63,546 nt of DNA, filler included, from 13 parts of 13 records of this genome joined end to end with filler, not necessarily neighbours in it; one strand, 5' to 3'; positions 10,376 to 22,900 are shown, counted from the whole stretch's first letter. Notes: generated by a model from the sequence alone, not told the origin. Numbers and translations: made by a program.

Positions 10376-11272
10376 TCAGCTTCGGGTGCCTCCACTCAGC
10401 TTGACGTGGGCCTCTATCCACGGAACTGCCCGAGCAAGGCGAGTTGGTGCGCCAACATCTGTGTCGACATCTGCCCCACCAGAAATCAGCGGCGGCGGCG
10501 GCGGTGGCAGCACCTGTTCCCAGCTCCGCTGGAACATCGCGTGCCCCTCCGCCGTGAGGGGGCACGGCGCACGCTCGTGGCGCGCGATAGCTGGAACGCG
10601 AACCGGCGACATAGCTGGGCCTCCAGCCCACATGTGCCCACCGACGAAACGAATCGGCGAGCCATGCAACGCAATGGCGCGCGCCTGCATCTGGTCCTGC
10701 ATCTTACTCCGCAGGACTTCGTCCCGGACCTCCGCCTGTCCCCGCGTCTCAAGCCACCCTAGGCCGGCACTCACGGCTGTCGCGAAGGTGTATGTGCCGT
10801 AGCACACGCCGTCGATCTGGACCTTCCACCTGCCAGATGGCTGCTGGTAGAGGTACTTTGTCGACGTTGCGGCCTCTTCGGCGACCGGCTCGACGGCGTC
10901 ATCGCCGCCGAGAAGCGACGGCTCGACCGCGCTATCGCCGCCGACCGCGCTATCGCCGCTGACCGCGCCATCAGCCGCAGATACATCCACCAGCTCGGCC
11001 ATCATGATGAGGCTGTCCTCACAGTTGGCATCATGATGGGGCGACGCCGCCAGCGTCGTGTTGGCTGCCTCGGGCGGCGCGCCCGGCGGCGGCGCGCCCG
11101 GCTGCGGCGTGTCGGCCGCCTTGCGGGGCGGGGACGCTACCCTGTCGATGTCCGCGTCGAGGCGGGCGGCCACCAGCTCGTCCATCTGCTTGTTGGTGGC
11201 GGCCACATCGGCGGCGAGCTCCTTAAGCGCGCGCTTGTTCATCGCGATCATCTTGCGGTTCGACTGGGGCAT
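10376..11272 (-). CDS. Intronless hypothetical protein with an AP2-like segment
   Basis: Long ORF from ATG 11272; KYLYQQPSGRWKVQIDGVCYGTY resembles the AP2/ERF three-strand motif; internal GDSAV repeats. Confidence 0.4.
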   Translation of the reverse strand: MPQSNRKMIAMNKRALKELAADVAATNKQMDELVAARLDADIDRVASPPRKAADTPQPGAPPPGAPPEAANTTLAASPHHDANCEDSLIMMAELVDVSAADGAVSGDSAVGGDSAVEPSLLGGDDAVEPVAEEAATSTKYLYQQPSGRWKVQIDGVCYGTYTFATAVSAGLGWLETRGQAEVRDEVLRSKMQDQMQARAIALHGSPIRFVGGHMWAGGPAMSPVRVPAIARHERAPCPLTAEGHAMFQRSWEQVLPPPPPPLISGGADVDTDVGAPTRLARAVPWIEAHVKLSGGTRS

Positions 11273-11867
11273 GGTTGGTTCCTTGATTACGTCTCTGTCC
11301 CGCAGCTCTCGCAAGCTTGCGTTGACCAACGCAAAGCGAAGAAAAAAGCAAGGCTTTGGGAGACCAACCAATAAAGAACCCCAACTACAACCCCACACTA
11401 ATTTAGCAATAGCTTATGGCTGATGCTCTTGATTGACTAGCATTGTAAACCCTTGATTTAGTAGTTACATGACGCACTATATCGTAGCGAGCTTGATCTC
11501 CTCGCTTGAGAATCTTCCGAATCGTCGCGTTCTCGCCGATAGTAGCCGATAGCGCGCTGTCTGGACTGTCGTTATACGGTCTGGTGGGGAGCTCAACCGA
11601 TATGCTCGATATGCTCAAGCTTACAAGAAAGATTCCCCACGCCCCAAACCAAGCTGATAGGACCCGCCCGGTAGCCTACAGTCTAGCCCGTGCACCAAAG
11701 CCAACGGAGCAAGAGCACAACAATGCGGAGCAAGGGCTAAAGCGTTCGGATTTCAGGGCCAGATTGGNNNNNNNNNNNNNNNNNNNNNNNNNNNNNNNNN
11801 NNNNNNNNNNNTTAATTAATTAANNNNNNNNNNNNNNNNNNNNNNNNNNNNNNNNNNNNNNNNNNNN

Positions 11868-14800
11868 CTCGGCTCGCTCGGCAAACCTTGTCCACCCGCT
11901 TGCTGTTGTCCTCCATCTCCATCTCCTGCACCTCCTGCAGCACCTGCCCCTCCGCTCGACCCGCGGCCCGACCGCCCTCGCACCTCCAGCACCGACACAG
12001 CCAGCTTCCTGAAATCGTCCCCGATCTTGACCAGATCGAACCGATCCACCCGCGGCGTCTTACCTGCCCGCGGTTTAATCCACACGGCCGGGCCAGCACC
12101 GCGCTCTAGCTCCGGAACAAACGTCCTACTGGCGTGGTGGAGCAGCGGGAGCATAACAAGCTCGAGAACTTCCATTGCATACAGCGGCGGCCGGTCCCGG
12201 AACGGAGGCCCCTGTCCTGTGATGGAGCCAGCAGCCCGGAACCTCCAGCAGTCCCATAGGCTCTGGAACGCCTGCAGGAGAGCTGAGCCCGCGGCGCGGG
12301 ATTAGGTGCCTGGAGCGAAGCTGGGCCGGGGACTAGCAACTCCGATGCACACACATCAGTCATCGGGGCGACCCAGCTCTCAAGCCAGGGCACGCTGACT
12401 GCCGAGCAGCCGACGAGCAGCTGGTGCCAGGCGAGGCCAAGGTACTCGATCCGGGCACAAACTTTGGCAAGCTCCTTGTGCTCGCACAGCCGATCCTCGT
12501 ACGCCACAGCCAGCTGCCAACTGCTCAGCCCGGCCTGTGGCGGCGGGTCACCTCCGACCAGAGCTTGATCACGTGCAGCGACTGCTGAGTGGCGTCCAAC
12601 ACGCTGGCCTGCTCGAGCACAGCCGTGTACCCGCGCAGCAGCGTATGGAACACCTCCAGCGCCGCCACCATCGCGCCCTGCACGTCCTGGACTGCAATCG
12701 AATACTCGACCAGCCTCAAGTACACCAGAGCATACGGGAGCTCGGTCGGCTGGTGCACCTGCGACACTAGATGCGCGCACCGCCGCTGATCGTTCACGGC
12801 CTCGTTCAGGTCGTCGGCCGCGTACGAGCACGCCGCCCGCACGCCGTGCACCTCCATCAGGAGCCCATTGGCGCAGGGCCAATCGAACGGCTCCGGCTCT
12901 GTCTCGGCTTGGCTCACGGGACTCAGCTCAGCGTCGACCGCGTCCAACCCGCTCACACGACTCTTCATCGCCTGTCCAAATAGGGTTCGACCCCTATATG
13001 CCCGCTGGACCCACCGCAATCTTGCGCGCCTTGCGCTTTTTCTTCTCGTCCCGCCGCTGAGAGCGCTGCTCGGCCGCTTGCTGCTCGGAGGCCTCCGCGT
13101 CGAGCACCTGTTGCCGCTTGGCCGCCCTCTTCTGCCGGACGCCCTCCAGCGATTTGGTCTGCTTCTTGACCCGGGGCTGCGTCTTGGGCTTCTTGGGCTC
13201 TCTGTTATAGACAGGCATGGGCGAGATCGGGACGAGCCCTGTGCTCTCGGACTGGATCCGTTGCTCACACCACCACTTGATTGCATCAAACAGCTCGAGC
13301 TCAGACAGCTCCCCAGGCCGCTCGGCGGCAAACATCATCACCGTGCTCGGTAGCAGCGCCTTGTCGCTCTTATCATATAGCCCGAGCGACCGCAGACTCG
13401 CCTGCTCGCAGGTTAGTTCTCACAAGATCTGAGCGAGTGCCTTGAGAGCAGCCTCGGGCTTGGCTTGCCAGTTCTCACTCGCAACCCTTACCTTCAATAC
13501 GGATCAAGCAGGCCGGTTCAGGCCATTCGCACCAGCCCAGGCAAATCACGGAGTGCCGCTGTCGCCTTTGCCGCCTGGCGACCTGCCTCCGCTTCCACGC
13601 CAGCGACCGCCTCCTCCTCCACCTGCTGCCCACTAAGCCAAGATCGCCACCTACCCGTGCCTGTGCCAATTTAGCCGCCATCCGCCACTGCCGCCGGCAA
13701 GCTTCCCTCCAGCCCGGCGGCTCGGGCCATTCGCCGAGCAAGCTGGTGGCTGCTTTCATGAACTCGGCAGCAGTCACCCCGACTGCAGGCTCGGCCACAA
13801 ACTCATCAAGCGCTTCAGCCAGCCGAGCCTCGCCCAGCTCGACTGGGATCTGAAACTCGGCCACTGCCGCCGCCAGCGCCTCGCGCAACGGATCCCCGAG
13901 TGGCACAGCCCGGCTCTTGGGGAGCAGCACCGCACGGAGGTCTTGCAGCAGACTCCTGCCAGCCTCCTCGAGCGGAGGCCCGTCCACGCAGAGCTGCTTG
14001 AGCCCGCGGGTAAAGCAGCGCTGCCACTCGTGCAGTGAGACGTAACCGTCCCGGTCCTGGTCGAGCGCCATGTGATACTTGAGCGCAACGGCTGCTTGCT
14101 TGATCTTGGCGTTGAGTTCCTTCGAACTGAGCCTGCCCCACCTGCTTGCCCGCTCCCAGCACCGGGCCGGCTGCCTGCGGTCGCTGTTGGCGTCCACTTG
14201 ATCAAACAACTCGATCAGCTCCTCGTCAAACCACCCAGGCACGCGCACACTCGCCAGCTGATTCTCATAAGCCGCCGTCTGCCTCGCAGCCCGGCCTCGC
14301 AGCATCGCCTGCAGCCTGACCGCCGCCTCACCGCGCCGACCGCGGAGCTCGTCCTCGTCCTCCGAGAGCGAGGACCAGTCGTCGTCCTCCCACTCTGAGC
14401 CCAACAGCAGCACCTGCCCCGGCCGCTCGCAACAGCATCAAGCAGCACAGGCACCCGGTTACGCCGCCACCGTATCACAACCCACCTGAGTGTGTGCTCT
14501 CTCATGGCCACGATGATCATCTTCATCAGCAGCTTGGACCGGCCGATCAGCACCCTCCGGTCAGCGAATTTCTCCCGCGCAAACACGTAGCCGTTCTCCC
14601 TCTGGATCATCCTAAGCTTCTCCTTCCTCTCATGCTCTTGCTTCCGCTTGATATCCCAAGGCCGCCAGATCAGACGCTCCTGCCGCTTGCACAGCCGGTC
14701 CTCCTCGAGCATCGCCCGCCGGCCCTCCCACTCCTCAGTCCGCTCCCGGTGCTCTGTCGCAAACTCCTTTACTGTGATCTCCACAAGACTCTCCAATCCG

Positions 14801-15390
14801 TCCGTCAGAGCCCGGCACTCGAGCAGTCTGAACCGCTCGATCCCCGGGATTTCCGTGCAGTCCCGCACAAACTGACACGCGTGGTGCACCAGCAGCGCCA
14901 CAGCCCGGCCACGCTCCGCCGGTGAGCCGGTTCGCCACGATTGGCCCGGTCCGTGCCACGAGTGCGGCCCTATCAGCTGGCCGGCGAGCCGCACGGCCTC
15001 GCAGACCGCGTCGATCCGGCCGGCGCGCTGGGCCGTGGCGGCCAGGCAGTGCAGGGCGGTGAGGGTCGGGCTGAGCTTGCTCTCGGCAGGGTTTAGGTCC
15101 CCGACCACTAAGTCCAGCACCGAGGTCTCGGCGAAATAGCCCGGCAGCTCCTGGATCGGGCCGGCGTCGGGCACGAGCACGCAGGCAGCCTGGTTCCCGA
15201 GGCTTGTCTGGAAGGCCAGCTGGCTCGGGGTGCCCGGGTCCCACTGGGGCCAGTCGGGCTGGGCCAGCCGGGCGAGCCGGTCGGTAAGCTCCTGGCCGGT
15301 GCCGTCCGGGTCGAGCTCGACCGAGGCGCGCTGGTCGGTTCCAAGGAGCCGGACCGTCACCCGCAGCTTCTTGGAGAAGAGCAGCCCCAT
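11868..15390 (-). CDS. Large multi-exon protein: myristoylation-like MG start, ubiquitin-like domain, IQ motif, EF-hands (3' end cut by contig edge)
   Basis: MGLLFSKK start; IQ motif AAVRLQAMLRGRAARQ; EF loops DANSDRRLSSKE (after removing GC-AG 14133-14174) and DQDRDGYVSLHE. About 40-nt introns link the ORFs in frame. Confidence 0.6.
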
Positions 15391-15501
15391 CGGACGCTAC
15401 CGGGCTCGCCCTCCTCGCGGGTGCGCAGGCTGCACATGCATAGGATCTCAAATCACCAGACCGCCGAATTTTGCATCAAGGGCTCGGGGCTCCTTGCAGC
15501 A

Positions 15502-15888
15502 ATGCAGGAGGCGGACAGCGCGCTCGAGGCGGCGCGGGCGTGGGTGGTGGCCAAGGGCTGGACCCTGGAGCACTACACCGTCAGCCGGAGCCACGTCCAG
15601 TCCTGCCCGGCCGGTGCGGCCCGCCTGCCGCCCGGCCAGCCCAGGCCGGCAGGCTGTGTCAGCGTGGACGTGAGCCACAGCGGCGCCGCCTCCGACGACG
15701 AACTGGACGACGTGGAGGCGCTGCCGGTGATGTCGCGGGAGGAGGTGCTGATGCGATCGCGCATGCTCGAAGTTCGGCTGCCGGCGGGGCCGGTGGAGAA
15801 CGTCCTCGCCGCCAGGGACACCGATAAGCTCCGGGTGCAGATGGGTGGCAGCCGCCGGCCGGGCCAGGCAGAGCGGGGGGGGGGGGGG
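15502..15888 (+). CDS. Hypothetical protein, 5' fragment
   Basis: ATG at 15502, divergent from the previous gene; open to the contig edge. Confidence 0.4.
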
Positions 15889-16085
15889 NNNNNNNNNNNN
15901 NNNNNNNNNNNNNNNNNNNNNNNNNNNNNNNNTTAATTAATTAANNNNNNNNNNNNNNNNNNNNNNNNNNNNNNNNNNNNNNNNNNNNCGTCCAGCCGAC
16001 TGAGCAGGCCGGCCATACTCGAGAAACAGATTTGTATATATATAGATATATATATAAGTAACGGAATTACAACCGCTCCTCCGCG

Positions 16086-18751
16086 ATGCGGCAGAGCGCA
16101 GGCCCGGGGAGTGACCCGCGGCCGTGCCACGTGCGTGGGGGGTGGGGGGGGAGGGTGCTGAGCGGGAGTTGTGCCCGGCAGAAAGGTGCTCGGTGCAAGC
16201 GTAAGGACTGCCGGTTCCAACATCCCTCCAAGACACCCCAGCGCGCCCCCCGGTCCCGGTGGACCTCGGCCCGGCGCCCCGTCGAGCCAGGGCGGGGCAG
16301 CTGGCGGCGGCTGGGCAGCTGGTGGCAGTTTCCGTCGGACCACTTGCCGGTGGCCCGTCTGCGCTGCCCGATAAGGAAGGGCGGGACGTCACAGGTGGGG
16401 GCGCTGCTGGAGGACGGCACGAGGATCGTTTCATGGAACGTTCTGGCCTCGTCGCTGGTGGCCGACACGGTCAGGACCCAGCTGGATTTTAACGGAATTC
16501 AACGGGCAGGCCAGCAGCATGGGGCTGGAGGGCTCGATGCTGACCGAGCAGAACCTGCCGGCGGGTGGCGGCTTCTACCTGTCCGGTCTGACTTGGCGGG
16601 ACGCCACGGTGCGGCTTTGTGGCCCAGAACGGCCCGGCCGGCGGGTTGTGGCTCAGAATGGCCGGGTCAGGTGCTCCAGACGGTCCTGTGCTGGCTGGAA
16701 CCGTCGAACTCACCAGTGGCGGTGATTGCACTCCAGGAATGCTCGAGGGAGCTGCTCCAGGTGCCAACGGATGGTCTATTTATAAATAGTGGCAGGTGCT
16801 GGACGCCAAGCTGTTGTATGGACCGTACCGGCGGGCCGACCCTTCAGTGTATGGCGATGCTGTGTTAGTCTATCACAGTGACATCCTGGTATATTGATTA
16901 TTCGTTAGTACTTGTACTTGTAATATAGTAGTAATAGTAGTAGTAGTAACATAGTAGTGATAGTAGCGATGCTGTGTTAGCCTATCACAGTGACATCCTG
17001 GTATATTGATACTGATTCAATGTTTGATCCGGTCAACTGTTCCACTGATTGGCGGTCTAGGTGTGCACCGAGTTCACATTACACCAGCACGCCAAGTCGC
17101 CTTTCACCAGCCGCAAAGGCGGGACCGGTCAGTGGCTCGCCCCGCAGCCAGCTCACCCAACAGGCCAGGCAAGCCGCTGGCTGTCGCCACGTTCGAGCGA
17201 ACCTCGGGGCCATACAGCGGAGCGGTGCGTGCCGGTGCGATTTTCCGTTATTTTAACGGACAGAGCGGGATGTTCCGGGTGGTCGCTGGGAAGATTCCAG
17301 GGAACCCGACAGGGTAAGTTCGTTATTTTGAGATTTGTTTTGATTCATGCATTATGGCTGATTGGTGGCGGGTGCAGAGTGCATCTTGGAGAGTATTCGC
17401 AGTTTCTGCTACAGGTGTTTAGTGGTTGGGTCGGTTAGTTGACTGGTCATCTGGCTGCAGCTCTTCTCCCGATGCAACATCCGCACTCTGCTGGTGCTCC
17501 CTGACTGAACGTCTCTACAGCGTCTCACTCGCTGCAGGTCGGAGACTTTAACTTCCGCGAGCACGAGGCGATTTATTGATCAATAACCGCCGTATTAATT
17601 AATACCCACCCCCTCAGGTGCTCAAAGCTCTCTCAGAAGTCCAACTGATTGGTTGGAATGGAATGGTCGTCACCGGGCCCGAGCGGTGCTCCCTACTCCC
17701 GGGGGGTCCTCACCGGTGGCAGCTACCCGACCAACCTACAACCGGCGGGCGAGCAAATCCCGACTGGGTTTGGGGGCGGGCCACTCGCCCCAAAGCGGAT
17801 CGATCACGTGCCAACTGACAGGCTGCGTGCTTGTGGCCTATGTGGATTGGGCAGGTGCTTCAGTTGGGCGGTTCGCCTGGGCATCAGTGTCTGTTGCTGG
17901 CGCCGGATCAGGTCCATGAGCCGTTGGATCCGGCGCTAAAAGGGCGCGGCAGGTGCTGAATGGACTGAGTTCCCTTGTGCACCTGATGGTGCCTACCCTG
18001 CGCTAACCCGCCCTTATCATAATAGCTTGTCGCTTAAGCCGAGGGCTCACAGATGCACCAAACCCGACCGGACCCACCGCCACAGCAGCCAATATGGCAG
18101 CAGGCGATGACACCGGACCAGGCAGCTCGCTCTGTCTTGTGCCCTGGCTGACCAGTGTGCAGTGCCAGCAGTTTCTAGCTGATCAGGGCCCGGGCCAGCC
18201 GCCCACCCACCGTCAAAGGTCCAGCTCAGACTTGGTAAAGCATACGATATAGTATGAGCTCTGTGCTATTCAGCTCGCACTTGGCACTGACCTCGGCTGA
18301 TCGCTCACGGCAGGTGGCCGGAGCGGCCAACGTTCCCCGCGCGCTAGCCAGGGTGTCACTCCTGCCTAATTAGGCAATGACCGTTAACAGGTGGCGCTGA
18401 ATAGACCAGAAGTGGCCTTCTCAGTATCTCGCGAGCACGCCGCGGTGAACTCGCTGGACTGTGTCCCATAAACATAGCCTGCCCTGGGGATGTTTGTCGT
18501 TGAGAGTGAACTGAGCGCCGTTCTCATGCCTTCCTACCCAGGTGGAGTGGATACTGCACCAAGACCTGAATAAAATAGCCGAGCTGCTCCAGGCTTCTTC
18601 GCTCACTTCTCCTGGGCCGTTCCGCCACTCGCCCTGGTGCCTGCCCTCGAAGCTGATCGGCCCACTTTGCGCAGGGTCTCGCCCGACGGCTCACCGGAAG
18701 GATCTCCGGGGCCACCTCCGGAGGTCCCCAAGGCGAGAGCCGGTGGGGTAG
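16086..18751 (+). CDS. CCCH zinc finger + endonuclease/exonuclease/phosphatase (CCR4/nocturnin-like) domain + C-terminal UBA-like domain; many introns, start uncertain
   Basis: C..K..RCKRKDCRFQH; RIVSWNVLA; VIALQEC; VGDFN; KRIDH; spliced VAGAANVPRALARVALNRPE...AAVEWIL is UBA-like. Confidence 0.6.
16854..17010 (+). repeat. 45-bp direct repeat (16854-16898 and 16966-17010, one mismatch) flanking a TAG-rich microsatellite
   Basis: gcgatgctgtgttag(t/c)ctatcacagtgacatcctggtatattgat occurs twice. Confidence 0.9.
18353..18390 (+). mobile_element. 38-nt intron made of the palindromic GTTAAC-family element (candidate introner copy)
   Basis: gtgtcactcctgcctaattaggcaatgaccgttaacag shares the core CC.TCC/TGCC-n4-AGG(C/A)AAT-n4-GTTAAC with five introns on the 49-54 kb contig. 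Confidence 0.55.
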
Positions 18752-19276
18752 TGCGCGACTCGGGCCGTACAGGTGCCTCCGGAGAGACCCAGGCCACCGC
18801 CTCCACTGGAAATAGGGATCCAAAGGGCTCCTTCAAAGGTCCGGTCCGGTTTAGGGTCCAGTCATCCCGGGACAGGAACGGCCGTTTGCTCTAGAGATAA
18901 CGACGCCGACAGACAAGGATCCGCCTGAGCTCTAGTTTAGTTGTAGTTTGCTCCCGATGCCCGGTATCATCAACATGGCGTGTTGTTCAGTTCTAGATAC
19001 TTATTTGTACTTTGATACCAATTTATCGCACGGACATACATGTAAGCTCAACTTAAGTTTAGCTCCGACCTCAATCGCTTCCGAAGTGTTTTGGAACAGA
19101 AAACTTACAAACCTAGTACCGTAGATGTGTATCAGTGTATCGACGGAGCAGTGCCCCCGCCGGCTTGTTGTACCGGNNNNNNNNNNNNNNNNNNNNNNNN
19201 NNNNNNNNNNNNNNNNNNNNTTAATTAATTAANNNNNNNNNNNNNNNNNNNNNNNNNNNNNNNNNNNNNNNNNNNN

Positions 19277-21068
19277 AGCAGGAGGCGCTGGAGGCGACCG
19301 AAGTGGGCTGTCAGCGAATGCATCTTCAAGCATGGCCGCAACAAGATCGGGCGACTCGAGATGCAGCTCGGGGTGCAGCAGCTCGGGATGCAGCAGTTCG
19401 GGAGGGGAACTTGGGTCTGAGATCAGCTGCTCTGGGCTGTCAGCCAAGTGGTCGGACTGCACCAAGGGCAGCTGGCTCCTGGTCAGCTCCGGCTTGTGCG
19501 CTCCCTGGGGCACCGGCGAGCCTGCGATTATGGTGCAGTAAAGCTGCCGCTCGAGCAGCCTTCGAGCCTGCGACCAGCAGTGAGCCACAGCCGCTCCAGA
19601 GCACACACCTCTCTCTCCTCAGCAAGCTGCTGCTGGTTCTGCTCAAGCACTGCCGATAGCCCGGCCACCTCGGCCTCCAGGTCGGCACACCTGCTCCGGG
19701 CTCAGCCAGGCCTGTTCCCAGGGCGCTGCCTGGTTTGGCGCTCGTCCAGCTTCATCTTGAGCCTCTCCTCGCCGTCGATGTGCCGCATCCTCGAGGCCAG
19801 CAAGTCCTCATCCGGCGCAGAGGCTGCCAGCTGCTTCTCGAGCGCTTGTTCGAGCTGGCTCACAGTGGACGCCGCCTGGGCCGCAATCAGCCTCGATTCC
19901 TCGTACCGCTGATCTGCTTTCTCTATCTCCAAGTCCCGTAACTCTAGCTCCTGCTGCAGCTGCTCTACCAGCTCGAGCACCTCCGCCTCCCGCGCCGAGT
20001 ACTGCTGCGCAATCCGGCTCTCGGCGGTGTGCTGTGCCCCGCAAGCTCAGCCGGGCCGGCCAGCCTGCGCACCAATCTGAGCTGTGGGAGCGCCTGAGTG
20101 CTGTGAAGGATCTGTGTGCAGCTCGGCCTGTTGGCGGGGTCCTTCTCGAGCATCTTGGACACCAGGAACCGCAGCTCCGCAGAGAACCTGCCCTTGTTTA
20201 GCTGCTGGTGGTGGCCGGGCGCACTGGCTAGGAAGCGGCTCTGGCTGGTCCTTGACAATCTTTCGGGCAAGCGCGACTTGGTTAGAGGCCTGCCGCTCCG
20301 ATCACACGGCATGCTGCTAACAGTCCCACCCGGAACGGCAGTTGGAGCGACATGAGCTCGTACAGGACGCACCCGAACGCCCAGACGTCGCTCTTTTGGT
20401 TGTAAGGCAGGTCCTCGCAGATCTCTGGAGAGAAATAGAGCGGGGTGCCCACCCCTGTGAGCGCGAAGCTCGAGTCCGGGCTGAGTCGGCGGCCCAATCC
20501 GAGGTCTCCGATCTTGACGGCGTTGTCCTGGTCCAGGAACAGGTTGGTGGGCTTGATGTCCCGGTGCAGGATCCGCTTCGAGTGCAGGTAGCAAAGCCCC
20601 TGCCCCAGCCGGTCGCCCGCGCGTCAGCCCGGTGGCCACCTGGGCGATCTGGACCAGGAAGCGCCACACTTGCTCCTCGCTGAACCCGCAGCTGCTCTGG
20701 GCGGCGATCAGCTCGGCCAGGTCGCCGCCGGGGCAGTATTCCATAAGGATGTGCAGCCGGTTGGCCTGCACAAAGGACTCCTCGTACTTGATCACGTTGA
20801 AGTGCTCCACCTGCCGCATCACCTCGCACTGCCCCGCCCGCTCAGCCGGTCGGCGCCCGGGGCAGCGGCGCCTCGTTGAGGGTGTCGATCCGGTCCTGCT
20901 CGGACAGCCCCTCGAGCGGCACGCGCTTGAGCACCAGAACCCGGCCGTCGGCCAGCCGCCGGACCTGGCTCACGTGCCCGTACGTCCCGCTCCCGAGCGT
21001 CGCGAGGACCTGGGCGCTGGGCGGTCAAGCACCCCGCAGGGCCGTGGCCGGACCTCGAAGCGATCCAT
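19277..21068 (-). CDS. NIMA-related (NEK) Ser/Thr kinase with C-terminal coiled coil (3' truncated)
   Basis: Spliced MDRFEVLATLGSGTYG, VLKRV, LNECEVM, LHILMEYCPGGDL, HRDIKPTN, KIGDLG, GTPLYFSPE and YNQKSDVWAFGC. Confidence 0.9.
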
Positions 21069-21152
21069 TGCCAATCAAATCCAAAAATTGCCAAAATTTC
21101 ATCATCCGCGTGTCACGGCGTGTGCGTGAAGCCGCAGGTTGCTGGCCTCTGA

Positions 21153-22773
21153 GATGGCTGTCCTGGTCGTGTTGCTGTGCCTCCTCTGCTGTGCGGCGGC
21201 CGAGCAGCTGCCGTTCGTCATCCTGCCAGCTGCCAGCGCGCAGGCGGCCGTGGCGTACCGCAATGCCTCGGCCGTCTCGTGGGCCGGATCGGTGGCCCGC
21301 GGGGACGACGGGCTGTACCACGCCTTCCTGGACCAGATGAGCCTCGGCTGCGGGCTGGGCTACTGGCAGACCAACTCGGAGAGCATTCACGCGGTCGCGG
21401 ACTCGCCGGCCGGGCCGTTCAGACAGTCCGGTGTGGTGCTCGCGCCTTTCAGATCTAACACGCGCCTCGCCCGGGCGGCGGACGGCACCTGGCTGCTGTT
21501 TACCATCGGACAAGGGCCGGCAGCTCCGGTAGACTGCCGTGCACACGGCCACCGGCCAGCTGGCCTGGCGTATACTGGGGATCAAGTGGGTGTGCACTAC
21601 GCGGACAGCCTGGGAGGGCCCTGGCAACAACTGGTGGTCAATGGCAGCACTGTCATACTGGACGGGTTTACCAATCCGTCCCCGGTGGCTCTGTCTAACG
21701 GCACAGTGATCGTGGCCGGGATCCCCCAGGGCTGCTGCCGCGATGGCTACTTGCATCTTGCGACAGCGCCTACCTGGCGCGGCCCGTACACCATCCACAC
21801 GAGCCGTCCTTTGCTTGGCTGGGGCGCTCGGGACAACGGATTCGTGTTTGAAGAGTGAGTCTGCCCCGGGCCTGCCCTGGCTGACGGCTCGAACAGTCCG
21901 TTCCTGTGGTTCGACGGAGCCGGCCAGCGGTGGCGGCTGTTGATGCACCAGTACAATGCCTCAGATCCGGCTCATCAATTTCTGGTGGGCGGGCACGCCT
22001 TCAGTTCGAGCAACGATATCTGGTCCGAGTGGTCTTGGGGCTCGTGGATTGAACCTCCTGCCTACACGGCTAACATCAGCTATGCCGATGGTGCGCACAA
22101 GAGTCTCTGTGTGGTGTTTGGATGACGGTATGGGACAGGGACGCATCAAGTGATGCAGCGACGTGAGAGGCCTTTCATCCTATTCAACCACACCACTGGG
22201 CAACCCGAAGCGCTGTACACGGCAGTGTGCCCACCAGGCGATTTGACCAACAACAAATGCTACACTGCTTACAATCCGCTGCAGCCTCGCGTAAATCTTG
22301 GGACTGGAGAGCCCCGCACTCAGGCTATATACCTGAACTTTCAATGCTATTATGATGGTGAGTTTTGCATGGTTTGCACAAAAGGCGTGCTCTCAAAGGT
22401 GGGAGACTACAACCTCACAGTGGTTGGATCGATCAACGACGAGGTTGTCAAGATCGTGTATGATCCAGCCTTGACCACGGTGCAGCTCCTTCTCGACAGT
22501 TATTTCGACCACAAACTCAACGACCACAAAATCGGCGGTGCAGTGATTTGGACCACGACGGACGCTCAGACCACTGCAGCCGAGGCGTACTTGAAGCAGC
22601 ATCGTCATACCATGCAAGGCGTGCATGTACGGCCCTTTGCGGCCGACAGCCACATGTGGCAAGTAGCGCCAGATTCGGAGCAATGGTTTTGGACTCGCAT
22701 CGGCAAGCATTGCAGTAGCGACTCAAGCATGTGTGGTAGCGAGTATAGTGACGAGGTGATCAGCGATTCATGA
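21153..22773 (+). CDS. Secreted five-bladed beta-propeller glycoside-hydrolase-like protein with a C-terminal MsrA-like domain (2 introns)
   Basis: Signal peptide; SWAGSV..DDGLYHAF, HAVADSPAGPF, TNPSP, spliced FEDPFLWFD and RRERPFILF; C-terminal EVVKIVYDP..TTVQLLLDSYF and AVIWTT..Q are MsrA-fold-like. Confidence 0.65.
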
Positions 22774-22900
22774 TCACTCATATCGGGCATAATTATATCG
22801 NNNNNNNNNNNNNNNNNNNNNNNNNNNNNNNNNNNNNNNNNNNNTTAATTAATTAANNNNNNNNNNNNNNNNNNNNNNNNNNNNNNNNNNNNNNNNNNNN

